Shown: positions 46,310-63,150 of the stretch, in pieces
Layout of the letters: each line of letters opens with the position of its first letter
Numbering within the stretch: position 1 is the stretch's first letter
From: the human T2T-CHM13v2.0 reference genome, Homo sapiens
Direction: 5' to 3' (one strand)
DNA length: 64,000 nucleotides
Assembly (NCBI RefSeq): GCF_009914755.1
Contig: NC_060937.1
Notes under the pieces: generated by a model
Told to the model about the DNA's origin: nothing
Seen by the model: only the letters and a program-made list of their open reading frames with translations
The model's database searches: none
Program-made: the position numbers and the translations under genes

Positions 46310-46646
46310 CAGTGATAGCGCTTGGGCACCCACAGGCTGGGAGCCAAAAACAACCAAAATGGGTTTCCTCCCAGTTCTGGAGGCTGGGATCAGCATGCCA
46401 GCGTGGTCGGGTTCTGGGGGGGGGCCGCGTCCTGGCTGCTCGCTGTGTCCTCACGAGGGAGAGCACCCGCTCTCCCCTGTCACTTCTTATAAGGGCAGTA
46501 ACCCCATCTTGGGGCCCCACCCTCATGACCTGGCCTAACCCTAATCACCTGCCAAAGGCCCCTGCTCCAAATGCCATCACACTGGAGTTAGGGCTTCCAC
46601 TTAGGAACTTTGGGGTTGGGGAGAATGACACAATCAGTCCATAGCA
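46310..46646 (-). mobile_element. MLT1/MST-type MaLR LTR fragment
   Basis: cccagttctggaggctggga...cttcttataagggca...ccctcatgacc...ccaaatgccatcacactgg...cagtccatagca. Confidence 0.65.
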
Positions 46647-47037
46647 AGGTGAACCAAGGGCTTCTTATTCCACAGGAAAAAGAAACTAACAACTTTCATA
46701 GCACTTTCTGGCTTATTTTATAAACTACTGTAGCACACATTTTTCCCTGAATGGGGATATAAAGCCTCATTATTTCCAAAAGCCAATGGCAGAATAAGGT
46801 TTCCATCCTGAGCCCTTCCAGGGTATAATAACAGCAACTGGATGATCCTCAAAAGGATCATCAGACTTTCCCACAGAAGGCCTCCCTTTAACCCTGTCCT
46901 CCCCAAGAAGCTGAGATAGCATAGTGCAGGAGGCTTGGCAGCTTCTTGGAACTTCTTTATTTTAAATTCAGCTATTTTCATCCTAAATTTTAATGTCCTT
47001 GTCTTTTCATTTAATTTTGAAATCTATTATAGGACTA

Positions 47038-47314
<277 letters not shown>

Positions 47315-47817
47315 TTAACACATTTAAGAGGAAAAAAAGACCCATAATCCTAAAGCTGCTTTTAGAATGTGCTGTTTGTAGACATTTCATATAACCAAAT
47401 ATTGCTCTGTCTACAGGTGAATTTGTATGTGTGTATATTACACGTAAATTCACGCACTCCTGCGTCATTAACACTCCATTCCAGTTCCAGTGGGCGAGTG
47501 GCGGGAAATCCTCGTCAAGTTGTCTTGCTGTTTCCTGCCATGATGGCGATGAGCACCTGATAGGAGAAGGGGGAAGACTTTAGATAGTGTTTACTTTGAA
47601 AACCTAATTAAGCATAGCCTGAAGAGAAGCCCCCAGGAGCCTAGAGGCCCGGGAGGGGTCCCAGCTCCTTGACCCACTGTTTCTGTGAATTTGGACCCTC
47701 TGATGGGCCTCGATCCTCTTATCCATAGAGCCAAGGGCTTCCACTGTGATCTCTGTAAGATCCCTTCCAAATCTCAGCTCCTGTGACCTGGAGGCCATAT
47801 ATTGCAATGCAAGCTGA

Positions 47818-48102
<285 letters not shown>

Positions 48103-49097
48103 TAACCAGAACCCACCCAGAGGTGGGGCCATGGAGTGTCTATGGGGTGGGAGAGGCTGTGCAGAAGTGCAGGAAAGAGCTGGTTTTTCTGGGGAGGACT
48201 ACCTGTTGCAGGACCTCTCAGCTAGTCTTAGTTTGTTAGGCAATTTATTTTATCCCATCAGTGTTAGTGAGGCACTGACCACCCATCCCGTGGAGTAACT
48301 GATAAGCTCCCTGGCCTAGAGACCCCATCAGATCCTCTGTGTGCCTGGGGCACTGGCACAGGCCTTGCCATAACAAGCACTCTGGGTAGTGAATGTGCGA
48401 ATAAATGCATTAAACCTCCTAGCAGAGCCACGCTGACCCATACTTGGGTAGGAAATACCCAGAAACTTGTCTTCCCACCCCATAGCCTCCCTGCTCACCA
48501 GCCAAGGTGGGCTCAAGTCTAAATGGCAGTGAGAAACATTCCTAGATAGAAACCAGGACCTTCCTGGGAGCCAGTCTGCCAAGGGTGTTGCGGTCTCATT
48601 GTGCATGAGCCCACAGCCCCAGAGTCTGCTCCTGAGATCCATGGGCCCCTCCCCCACCCCGCCCACCTCACCAGCCTGACCAGGGGCATCTCCTGGCTCA
48701 GGTACGGGAGCTGGGCAGCACACCTGGATGGACAGCCTGGGCACCCTGGGCTCCATGCTGGCAACAGAAACTCTGGCTTCCATCCACAAAGGCCTGAGTT
48801 TTTCTAGTGCCAATTCCCCATGAAGCTAGAACCAGACATCCACAGGAGAGGAAGTCAGGACCAAGGAGGCCAGCAACCCTGGCTTTTGCTGGGGTGCAGG
48901 GATGTCTCGAGGCTTGCAGATCACATCTCACTCTCCAGGATCTGCTGCCTGCCCTCTCCCCTCACCAGCAGCTGGAAACTCCAGAATCCCCTAGCCTCAG
49001 AGCTCCACAGCACTGATCTGAAGATAGGAGAAAGAGGAGGGGCTCTGCCAACAGGAGCCAGACTATCCTGGGAGGCTGCATGGTGCTGCCAGAGCCC

Positions 49098-50457
49098 TAG
49101 TCAGGGTGAGGATCCAGGACAGTCCACCAGCACAGCCTCAGCCAGCGGTGAGGATCTAAGGTCAGTCCACCAGCACAGCCTCAGTCAAGGATGAGGATCT
49201 AGGGTCAGTCCATCAGCACAGCCTCAGCCAGGGATGAGGATCTAGGGTCAGTCCACCAGCACAGCCTCAGTCAGGGGTGAGGATCTAGGGTCAGTCCACC
49301 AGCACAGCCTCAGTCAGGGGTGAGGATCTAGGGTCAGTCCACCAGCACAGCCTCAGTCGGGGTGAGGATCTAGGGTTAGCATACCAGCACAGCCTCAGTT
49401 GGGGTGAGGATCTAGGGTCAGTCCACCAGCACAGCCTCAGTCAGGGGTGAGGATCTAGGGTCAGCACACCAGCACAAGCTCCACTGAGGAGTGAGAATCT
49501 AAGGTCAGTCCCACCAGCACAGCCTCAGTCAGGGGTAAGGATCTAGGACAGTCTACCAGCATAACCTCAGCCAGGGATCTAGGGTCAGCGCACCAGCAGA
49601 AGCTCCACCCAGGAGTGAGGATCCAAGGTGACTCCACCAGCACAACGTCACTCAGGGGTGAAGATCTAGGTCAATCCACCAGCACAGCCTCACTCAGGGG
49701 TGAGGATCTAGGTCAATCCACCAGCACAGCCTCACTCAGGGGTGAGGATCTAGGTCAGTACACCAGCACAGCTTCAGCCAGGATTGAGGGTCTAGGGTCA
49801 GTCCACCAGCACAACCTCCACTCAGGACTGAGGATTTAGGTCAATCCACCAGCACAACCTCCACTCAGGACTGAGGATCTAGGTCAGTCCACCAGCACAA
49901 CCTCCACTCAGGACTGAGGATTTAGGTCAATCCACCAGCACAACCTCCACTCAGGACTGAGGATTTAGGTCAGTCCACCAGCACAACCTCCACTCAGGGC
50001 TGAGGATTTAGGTCAATCCACCAGCACAACCTCCACTCAGGACTGAGGATCTAGGTCAGTCCACCAGCACAACCTCCACTCAGGACTGAGGATTTAGGTC
50101 AATCCACTAGCACAACCTCCACTCAGGGCTGAGGATCTAGGTCAGTCCACCAGCACAGCCTCAGTCAGGGGTGAGGATCTGGAGTCAGTCCACCAGCACA
50201 GCCTCAGTCAGGGGTGAGGATCTGGGGTCAGTCCAGCAGCACAGCCTCAGTCAGGGGTGAGGATCTGGGGTCAGTCCAGCAGCACAGCCTCAGTCAGGGG
50301 TGAGGATCTGGGGTCAGTCCACCAGCACAGCCTCAGTCAGGGGTGAGGATCTGGGGTCAGTCCACCAGCACAGCCTCAGTCAGGGGTGAGGATCTGGGGT
50401 CAGTCCACCAGCACAGCCTCAGTCAGGGGTGAGGATCTGGGGTCAGTCCACCAGCAT
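49098..50457. repeat. ~43-bp minisatellite (VNTR), ~31 units, intron 40
   Basis: unit GTCAGGGGTGAGGATCTAGGGTCAGTCCACCAGCACAGCCTCA with three internal sub-blocks. Confidence 0.97.
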
Positions 50458-51616
50458 AATCCTCCCAGGAGCCCAGCAGTAGAGTTGACCATGCCCGTGA
50501 CCTTTAAATCAGACACCTGTTGGGTTCTTGTTCTGCGTCTCACGTGCACCATATTTTCACCATGTGACCTTGGCCATGGTATTGAATGTCTCTGGCTTTG
50601 TCTGTCAAATGAAAATAAAAATGCACTTGTGAGTATTGGGAGGATACAATGAGATACTACAGGTAAAGCTCTTGCACACAGGAGGCCAGCAATAAATGTT
50701 TGCTATCTTTAAAGGCCTTGAAACATAGCGTTGTTTTCAGAGTGTCATGATGATCAGTTTACCAGTCTGTCACCTGAAAGGCATCTGGGAACGCAGCAAC
50801 GGGGAAGACTTGGCCAGGAGATGTGGAGAGGAGATCCCGCACAGGGAGGGGCGGAGGAAACTGAGATGGGATTTCGACAGGGTGCACACAGTGGCCCATA
50901 GAGGGGGGTCACAGAACACAGCTGCTAGCATTTTGTATGACCATGCATTGTTAACGTTTGATTCACACAGCATGATGTTCAGGCCCTGTACTCGACCACA
51001 AAAAAGATTTAAGATTTCCATCCCCAAGGACAGAGATTTATCTCATTTATTTTCCACTTAATACCTCAGCAAAATGCTTGTCCCTGAGTAAGTGCTCAAC
51101 AAATACTTGCTGGAGAAGAATATTGTGAAATTGTAGGATAATTTTCTGACATCAGTGGAGAGTTACGTGTAGCTCAGAACACCCCTAAGGTAACATTGAT
51201 GGCCTTATTACACATTTGATCTGTGTGGGACCCATTTATCAAAACTCTCCGTGACCTCCTGTGGCCCTCCTTGCATTCCATCCCAGGGACCTGGACGGTG
51301 TCCCCGGCTTCCAAGCCACCGTGCGGCATGCTGACTTTTGCAAGCCATGCCCCCACCCTCGACCTGCATGAACGTCACAGTGGGCCCATGAGCTGATGAC
51401 TTCAGAGCAGGTCCTGGAGGCCAGGGCAGACACTGCCCCGTGCCATTGGGCCTTGGCATATGAGGCCACTGCCTCTGGCTAGTGATGAGGGAAAGACGAC
51501 CTTCCATGATGATGTTCACACACTGATCATAATGTCACTCAGGACACACACTCTTCTCTCAAAATATGGGAATAATTTGAATCCGTCATCTTCCTTTGCA
51601 TGAGTTGCATCTCATT

Positions 51617-51988
51617 TGTATTAGTTCGTTCTCATGCTGCTATGAAGAAATACCGGAGACTGGGTAATTTATAAAGGAAAGAGGTTTAATTGATTCACAG
51701 TTCTGCATGGCTGGGGAGGCCTCAGGAAACTTACAATCATGGCGGAAGGGGAAGCAAACACATCCTTCTCCACTGGCGGCAGGAGAGAGAAGTGCTGAGT
51801 AAAGGGTGGGGGGAGGCCCCTTATAAAACTATCAGATCTCCTGGGAACTCACTATCACGAGAACAGCATGAGGATAGCCACCCCCGTGATTCAATTACTT
51901 CCCACCAGGTCCCTCCTACGACATGTAGGGACTTTGGGAACTACAAGTCAAGATGAGATTTGGGTGGGGACACAGCCAAACCGTATCA
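51617..51988 (-). mobile_element. MaLR solo LTR (THE1/MST family)
   Basis: tgtattagttcgttctcatgctgctatgaagaaatacc...gatgagatttgggtggggacacagccaaaccgtatca. Confidence 0.88.
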
Positions 51989-53020
51989 CAGCTCACTGAA
52001 GCTAGAATCTGCAACCTCACCTATTTCTGCAGCTGACATTCAAGCATCAGTTCCTGATTTGGCCTTGAGTCATGCAACATGGGCCTTCACGGAACCCCTG
52101 TTAGTGAGACTCTTTTATGTCAGTACTTAGGACGATCCATGGGGGCTACTGAGAAATCATAGCGGTTTCCGTCTAGATTCCAGCAAACTGACTCATGTTT
52201 GCTAAGTGTTCTCATTAACAGTCCTCATCACTGCAGTTAAGTTAATTATGTTTTCGTGGGAATCTGCCAGTCTGCGGATTGCACTGGATCATCTAACTCA
52301 GGAGTCTGTCATTATTTACTGACACTCACCATCTGTTTCGGGTACTTTGTGACAATAGCTAGAAGCAGTTCAATTGGTGTCATTTTATATCAAACTACAG
52401 ATGGTGGCTCACTCATGCCCTCAGGGCTAATGAACCCACTTGCATGTTGTCTGTGATTTGTGAGACAAGCCTCACCTCTCTAAATATTTATCCTGCTGTT
52501 TGTTTTGTCCTACTTGGAAGCACGCATGAATGGAATCCTTTCCCCTGGGATGGATAATGGCTACCAGGATCTTCCAAAGGGAAAATCTCTTCCTGCTGCT
52601 GATGCGTGTAGATTAGTCATAAAGCCAGAGGGGAAACAGAAAACCACTGTTGCTACCTTTTCTCATTTTTATAGATTTGCACTGTTTCGCCCAGCTCACT
52701 ATTTCCTGCAGAGCAGAAATGATGCCTTCCTTGCCCACTTGGACATTCTGACATTTTGCAGGGTTCTAATACTAATCTTGGTCCCCAGCCCGAGGTAAAA
52801 CAAAAGGCTGAAGGTGCTTAGGAGAGAAAGTAGACTTAATCCGCCCACTCAAGTCCACACTGATTTCTACCCACCACTGCCCTACAGCACATAAAGCTCC
52901 ATTAGTGTCTTGTTGGCTGACAGCACAGGGAGGAGTGGAATTTCCACAGATTTCCTTATGTGGCCATTTCCCTCTTACTCTCCTACTAGTGCCAAAGAGC
53001 TCCAGCCTTTGACCCAAAAA

Positions 53021-53612
53021 CTGTTGGTTCTCATTATTCGCAGTAGTTATGTTCTGAAGTCACCAAGAACACTGACTTAGTGAATACTGAACCATTGCTC
53101 CTAGGGGAAATACAAGGCTAAGTTCCTGCAAGCCTCTGCTCACAAGATGTTTGTCAATGATCAGTATATAAGCTGGTTTTCTGTGTAACGGCACCTTGTT
53201 TAGTGTGGATTGCTGATTCAGGAACAGTCAACATGCACTCACTCGTGCCTGAATGCAGCTTCTCTTACATATGTGTTTCTCCATAAGGGACTTCACAGCC
53301 TTCTTGCACTTACCAACAGTAGGATGCACTTCAACACAATACATGGGGGGCATTTGAAACAGCAAAATCACCAGCATAAAGCACAAAAATGTGGAAAACA
53401 GGGCACTACAGAGACCAAGACAAGGACACGTGTGTACAGTATGAGCTGCAGCAAGAAGGCAGGAGCGTCACCTTGCTGGATCTCAGCTGGGACTCATTTT
53501 GCCTCTGTGTATATCTGTGAATGCCAGTGTTGATTTGGGGGGGATTCCAAGTGAGTTTTAGCGAGTGGACAAATTGGGAAACACAGAATCTGTGAATAAT
53601 GAAGACCAACTC
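53021..53612. mobile_element. TcMar-Tigger MITE (MER82-like)
   Basis: terminal inverted repeats gttggttctcattattc ... gaataatgaagaccaac. Confidence 0.65.
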
Positions 53613-54096
53613 TATCCAAGCTGGGATCCGAGGCACTGGAGGACAGCCGCAGGGAGGGTTGACAATAGTGATGTCAATTGTAAGCCTCATTTGCAATTTT
53701 TCAACCTTCTGTCCATCACCTGTGCTGACCACTGTCCACAGATATCAGGATCAGAGTCTGACCAGCTGTGCCTCGCCTGGTGCTGAGGCTCCATCTAAGC
53801 ATGATCGGGCAGCGCCTTGGGGAAGTCGAGCACAGGCAGACAGGATCCCAGTGGAGGGCTCCTCACAGGAGAAAGGCTGGGGTGGGGGAGGGGTTCACAT
53901 AGCCCCTGCCCCGCCAACCCCGCCCTGAGGGCCTCCCCAGCCCCACCATGAGATGTTCCTTGGCCTGAGGGCACCTCCCATCACTGTCTCGCTCGCTAGG
54001 CTCTGGTCCACCACAGATGATGGTGTGGAGGGAAAATAGTAGATTTGAAAAGTTGGGTGCTAACGCTGAAAATAATTTCTTCTGTTTTCATCCTAA

Positions 54097-54402
<306 letters not shown>

Positions 54403-54658
54403 TGAGACACAGGCCATGTCATTTACTTGCTGTAATAGCAGATATTCAAACTGCAGGGGACTCAGAAATGTGCAGTATGAACGGCTTTCTTCTTCCTCAC
54501 TGTATTGTGTTTAGACAAGTATTAAATTTAATTTGCACTTCCTAATCACGAACGAGCTGAATATTGGAAAGAGATGGCGTAAAGATGAAGTCACCCGTCA
54601 AACAAGTATTTGTGCGTCAAGGTTCACAGCAGCACTACTCACAAGCACCGAGTGCTGA

Positions 54659-55054
<396 letters not shown>

Positions 55055-55489
55055 TTTATTCGGTCTTAAAAAGAAGGAGCTCTTATCACCTGCTACCACC
55101 TAGATGACCCTTGAGGGCATTCTGCTGAGTGAAAGAAGCCAGTCACAAAAGGTCGGATTCTGTGATTCCACACATACGAGGCCCCTGAAGTCATCAAATT
55201 CATAGAAACAGAAAGTACAATGGCTGTTGCTGAGGGTTGGGGGGAGAGGGACACGGGGAGTGCGTGTATAACGGGGACAGATTTCAGTTTAGGATGAGAA
55301 AGTTCTGGAGCTGGTCGGCGGTGAAGGTGAATATATTGAATGCCACTGAGCAGTGCACCTAAAAATGATTAAAATGGTAACTTTTATGTTCTACGTATTT
55401 TACGACAATTTTTTAAAAACATAGACAAAGTCATTCCATGCCACAAACTTGCCAGAGACTGTCGCCTGAATGGGTGACGGTGCACCTGA

Positions 55490-55916
<427 letters not shown>

Positions 55917-56212
55917 TGACCGTCTGGTATCTTCAGAGCTAGTGGCTCAGCCCAGCCTCTCCAGGCTTGGGGACATCCTGGAGGTCAAACGGCCAGGATC
56001 CTCTCTGGCATGGGTCACATGTTGTAAAGAGCAGGGAGGAAACCAAGGCTGTGCCTCGGATGTTGTCACAGGACCTTGGGGAATGGAGAGCTTCATATTC
56101 AAACGGCAGGCGCTGAGTCACGGCTCAGGCCCGTTAGTGTCTGGCTCATCTCTAGAAAGCACAGTTGTCTGGGAAGCTCCAAAAGAAGCCTCCCTGGTGA
56201 GAAACGCAGTAG

Positions 56213-56699
<487 letters not shown>

Positions 56700-56952
56700 T
56701 GACAGTGGGGAAGGACCTTCCCAGGTCCTAGTGCTCTGGATCTGACTCACAGACTGTGGTCTGCAGGAAGGGGACACACGAGAGCCCAGAAAAGCCAGAA
56801 ATGAGGCGCTGCCCCACCCTCCTGCTCCTAATCTGGGCGTAGCAGCTACACTCCTGTGCCCAGCAGAACACCTGGCCCCGAGTCCTGGGACAGCCTCCCT
56901 CCTTTTCCTGGGACACCTGCGGTGCTGTGGAGTGGGCGGCAGGGATCAGTAG

Positions 56953-57390
<438 letters not shown>

Positions 57391-57499
57391 TAACAGCTAT
57401 TCATGAAAAAAAAAAACCTCAAAATTTGTCTTAATCAACCTGAGCTCAGTTTGAGCCAATGGTCTGAGCATTAAAATTAAAATTAAAATTAAACATAGG

Positions 57500-57813
<314 letters not shown>

Positions 57814-58563
57814 CTATTGGTGTCCAAGTCAAAGGAAATAGCAGTCCCCTGCCCCTGGGGACAGATCCGCAGCCGGCAAATTATGGGTAGTGTGGGGTGC
57901 ACCTGAAAACAAATGCCAGCAAATGGGAGCCCGCCCAGGGTAGGAGACAAGCTAGGGATGGTGGAGGGGAAGTGTCCTGGGAGAAAGGGCCATGACCATG
58001 GGTGTCCCTTGGAAGGGGAGGGGACAATGGGAGAAAGGGTCACTGGGGATAGCTGAGAAATATTCACAGAGCTGCTGTGCTGGAGGCAGATGAGCCACCC
58101 CCGTGTGCTCCTCGGGTAGGAGTTACAGGAGGCTGCACGCAGAAAGAACATTCTAACCCAGGCTGTGGTCAAGTGCGCAGTCAGCATGGCCTGCGATGAG
58201 CCATGTCTCCTGGAAGTGTCCAGCGGAGGGAGGCCACTGCTGGGGGTGGGGGCTGGCCTGCGATACTCCTCCGGACACTTCCAACGCCAGGCACGTTGGG
58301 CACATCCTGAGGGGCACATGCCTACCTATGGCTGACTGAGTCTTTTATGGAAAGGACCCCTCCTCTGTGCCCAGTGCCCTCACTGCCATCATTTCATGCT
58401 ACTGAGAACAAAGTGTGGATCAAATCCTTCCCAAGAGTCTCCTGATCTCAACAGACTGAGCCCCAAGATCTGGGGAAGGAGAGCGATGGTTCTAGGCGCA
58501 CCTGGAAACTGCCCTGCACTCCTGGGTCCCGAGGTTTCTGTGGGGCGGCTGTCAAGGGGGCTG

Positions 58564-59135
<572 letters not shown>

Positions 59136-60365
59136 TGATAAGTTCCCCTGACGGAAGGGTCCATCTACATTCCTCGAGTGCAGAAAGATTAAAACGGCCT
59201 TTGAAGCAGAAGCCTTACAAAGCCCTTAAACCTCAGGACCTTAACACAGGGACCTGCCTTTTAACCTGGTATTGACTTCCGCAGGCTCCCATGTGACCCG
59301 TCTGACCCCCGACCCCTCTCCAGTGGAGACCACCAATTACTTCACCTCCTTCTTGTTTTTGACCCAAGTTCTGTAGACTTGGAGTCAGGCAGGGGCCATG
59401 AGGGGCTGGGGTTCATGTAAGACTCTCCCATACAGCCCCCCGAGGAAAATGGACCCATGGACACGTGTGCATGCTCTTATTTAAGGAAGCCTTTGAAAGG
59501 CATTAACGCGACTTCGAATACAGAAAATGCAATACACACAAATTACAAGTGGAGGTAGCTTAGTCTGAGGTCCTCTTTGAGGGGGTGACGGGAAGGGTCT
59601 CTGGGATACTGGCTGTGTTCTGCCTCCTCGGTGCAGGTTACATCAGGCGTTCTGCCCCCGGGAAGCATGTTGCTGGCTCATGGTGCCTTCACATTCCTGC
59701 CTGTGCGCCCCACCTCCACAATGAGTTTCTAAAGAACAACGGGGCAAAGGCCGCCAAGGATAAGGGCCAAAAATAGATCTAGGAACAGGGCCAAGGAGGC
59801 AGCCTAGCACCGGGCATGTTTGCTAAAGGTGGCTGCACTTCTGGGTCTGAGCTTTTCAGCAATCCATGTGAAGAGGGAAACCTGCTTAGCTGCAGCATTC
59901 GTTGTGGCCAGGAGATAAAGGCTATCTTAGTCTCCAGAAGCAATAAAGCTACATGGAAGGGAGAAGGGCCAGGACTCCTTCTGGGGTGGCTCCTTGGGGT
60001 CAAAGAGCGACCCCTTGGAGGCCATCAGAGTTTTCTTGGGGCCAGTGCTGTTAAGACCCCACTAAGGTAAGGCTCACCCAAAATGCTATTCCATGAAGAC
60101 GCCACTCCCTGGTGATCCAACTTGGCCCAGTATGTGTGAGAACTTGTAGAAGAACAGAGCTGTTCCAAAATGCCAGTGGAGTCTGATCAAAAAGAGAAAA
60201 AGAAAGAAATTGGGAAGCCTTAGCCTGGCCCTCCAGTAGGTGGCTAAACTCCACCAGGTGCCCTGGGGCGAGTCCGTGACACACAGCCTCCTGGGCCTGG
60301 CTGGGGCTGGCAGGTGCGTCTTCTAGCCACACTGCACTGTGATCTCATGACCCCTCCTTCCACAG

Positions 60366-60652
60366 GGCTGGCGGGCTCCTGCCTGGCGCGGTTCAGCACC
60401 ATGCCCTTCCTGTACTGCAACCCTGGTGATGTCTGCTACTATGCCAGCCGGAACGACAAGTCCTACTGGCTCTCTACCACTGCGCCGCTGCCCATGATGC
60501 CCGTGGCCGAGGACGAGATCAAGCCCTACATCAGCCGCTGTTCTGTGTGTGAGGCCCCGGCCATCGCCATCGCGGTCCACAGTCAGGATGTCTCCATCCC
60601 ACACTGCCCAGCTGGGTGGCGGAGTTTGTGGATCGGATATTCCTTCCTCATG
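60366..60652 (+). CDS. COL4A2: COL4A2 exon 47 (287 nt), NC1 domain
   Basis: cttccacag|GGCTG...CTCATG|gtatgt; [37 protein letters not shown]...LWIGYSFLM. Confidence 0.97.
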
Positions 60653-61122
60653 GTATGTGGTATTTGCCCAGTTCCCCTCCCCAACCACACCCTGCTGGGG
60701 ACACAGCAAGAACAGCTGCCTTTGTGAGAAGAATCAGACACGGCAGTCCAGGGTGTGCACTGCACAAGGGTAGTTGGCCCAGGAAGCGAGCGAGAGCTGG
60801 AACACAGCTTACACTTGGCTAACTGAGCCACATGCTGGGCACAGGGCTTCCTCCACCCAGAAAGGGCTCATTAATTTGCCACCAGGCCTTTGTAAGGAGT
60901 GTAACCAGGACGAACTTGCCTGTTATCCGTCTTACTAGGTACAACACCAACACCAAAGGTGCAGCTGCTTTGGGTTTACCAGAAGTCTAAATATATGGGA
61001 GACTTTTCTCTAGAATCCTGATCTTATTTAGAATCTATCTGGAACCTAGAATACCCTGAAGAAATACCTATTAACTGGCTGGCTTAAAATGGATATATAT
61101 TCCTGAGGAAAATTCTGGAATA

Positions 61123-61240
61123 CCTTTGGGTATAAAATAGAGAGCCTGTGGATACTTTGAAAGCCAGGAGAAGGTGCACAACCAGGACCTGGGAAGGCAC
61201 CGCCCACCCTTCCGGATCGCCTTTGGGTATAAAATAGAGA
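61123..61240 (+). other. diverged copy of the exon 46/intron 46 junction between 21-bp direct repeats
   Basis: 61153-61209 matches 58998-59054 at 50/57 nt; CCTTTGGGTATAAAATAGAGA at 61123-61143 and 61220-61240. Confidence 0.9.
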
Positions 61241-61330
61241 ACCCTCAGCTTTGGCCAGATTAGGTTTAGCTTAACCTCCAGGGGAGAGACCACAGCACCA
61301 TAGTGTCTCTTGCAATATTGCCTATTAAAG

Positions 61331-61542
61331 CAGAGGCTCCTCAACTTGGAATAGGGTCCCGTCCCGATAAATTCATTGTAAGATGAAGATACTATAAGTT
61401 GAAAGTGCGTTTTCAATTTATGATGGGTTTATCTGGATGTAACCCCACCAAAAATCAAATAGTGAATTGAATACATATTGCTTTTGCACCATCGAAAACT
61501 CAAAAATCCTAAGTCTAACCATGGTAAATCAGGGACCATCTG
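61331..61542. mobile_element. TcMar-Tigger-type MITE fragment
   Basis: cagaggctcctcaactt...gtcccgataaa...aatcagggaccatctg|ta, degenerate inverted ends. Confidence 0.55.
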
Positions 61543-61670
61543 TATACTATTGTAGGGAGAAAAGAAAGTCTCACTGAGGACAGTGGGTCTTCCAGTGAGT
61601 TTATTTATATGCATTATAACTGTCATAACTCCAGCTATATGGATTGGATGCCCAGCATGTTAAATATTTC

Positions 61671-61676
<6 letters not shown>

Positions 61677-61742
<66 letters not shown>
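61677..61742. repeat. (TA)n(CA)n compound microsatellite
   Basis: direct reading. Confidence 0.97.
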
Positions 61743-61743
<1 letters not shown>

Positions 61744-62994
61744 CATAAAATATAAATTACATAGTGATTGCTAATCTTTCAAAACAACAGGAAAAAAAAT
61801 CCGGATTCTAGGAAAGGAAGGAAAAGATAAACAAGTATTGGCATTTTAATAGGTATCGTTGCTATGATAAGTTGGAGCAACAGGATGCTAAATCCTGGGC
61901 AGGGACAGGCACAATTTCTACCTTTCCAGAAGCTTATCATGGAAGGTGACTTTGGAGCAACCTTCTTTTGTTTCACAGTGACCTTCAGGGTGCCCCTGTG
62001 TCAGGAAGTAAGCTTTGGTTGCTCCTGTTTTTTTCACTCCCGTTGTTAAATTCAAAATAAATGAGCCTCTCCCTTGTGAAGGGCATGATTACACAGTATC
62101 CAGAAAGGTCAGGCATCCCCTGTTCCATTAGCATCAGGTTTCAAATGACTGTCACGAGATAAGCAGACATTATCCTCTGCACACGTAACTCTCTGCTTAC
62201 ATAAATGGCTGACAGCCCCAGCAAGCCTGGAACTTGACATCCCCAAAAGGCATGGGTTGAGACGGCTCCTGGGTCAGGACAGATGGGCCAGAAGTACCTT
62301 GACTTCTGAGAACAGAAAGTCCCCATTGTCCCTGACAATGGATAAGTGAACAGACACATCTGTGTACTGGAGATGTGCCCCCTCCAGATGTGCCCTGACT
62401 GCCGTCTAGGAGGCAGGACCTAAACCAAGACAGCTGTGTGCCTCGTCTGCACTTTAAATACTCTTTGATCCCTTCTGTGTGGTGACAAGCATATGGTACC
62501 ACTAGGGCTGCTGGCATCTCAGCATAATAAGAGCTGACTTTGGAGAGGAGAGGACAGCTTGGCTGAGAGCAACTGCCCCACCGTCCCCAGTGGGTACGCA
62601 GAAGGCGAGAGCAGTGCTGAGGCTAGCGCCTGGCTCACCCTTCTTTTGTCCGTGAGGATGGGTGGCCCCAGAGGATGCATTTTCTGCATTCCCTACAAGC
62701 GAGCGCCACGTGGGAGGGAGGACAAGGGCAGAGCCCCGGATGCAGACTGCAGCAGCAAAAGTCATTTTCCTCCCCTCCCCTCGGTGGCCTCTCTCAAAGC
62801 TGCTCTGGCAGAGGCTACAAGTATCTAGCCAGCCGTTATTTTAGTTCCTCTTTTTTCAATTCTGGCTACTATCTGGAGCCCTCACAGCCCCTTCTCCAGG
62901 TCAGCCTCTCGTCCAGGCAATTCTCTTAAGATACATGAGCTGCTATGAGTACCAAAGCCAGAGGTTTGTCCACTGAGAGAAGCACATTGGAAAG

Positions 62995-63150
62995 GGTGCG
63001 TGTGCCTGGACTGTGTGCACTTATGCACGTGTGTGCATAGGGGTGTGTACACAAGCATGCACTGTGTGTGTGTGTACATGCGTGCATTTGTGTGTGCATG
63101 AGTGTACACCATGTGTGTGCATGTGTGCATGTATGCATGTGTGTGTGCGC
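62995..63150. repeat. degenerate (TG)n/(TGCA) low-complexity tract
   Basis: direct reading. Confidence 0.85.

Noticed and set aside
57470-57496. Tandem ATTAAA hexamers in intron 45
   Set aside because: Explained as the (TTAAAA)n insertion target of the adjacent Alu; no clear downstream GU-rich element.
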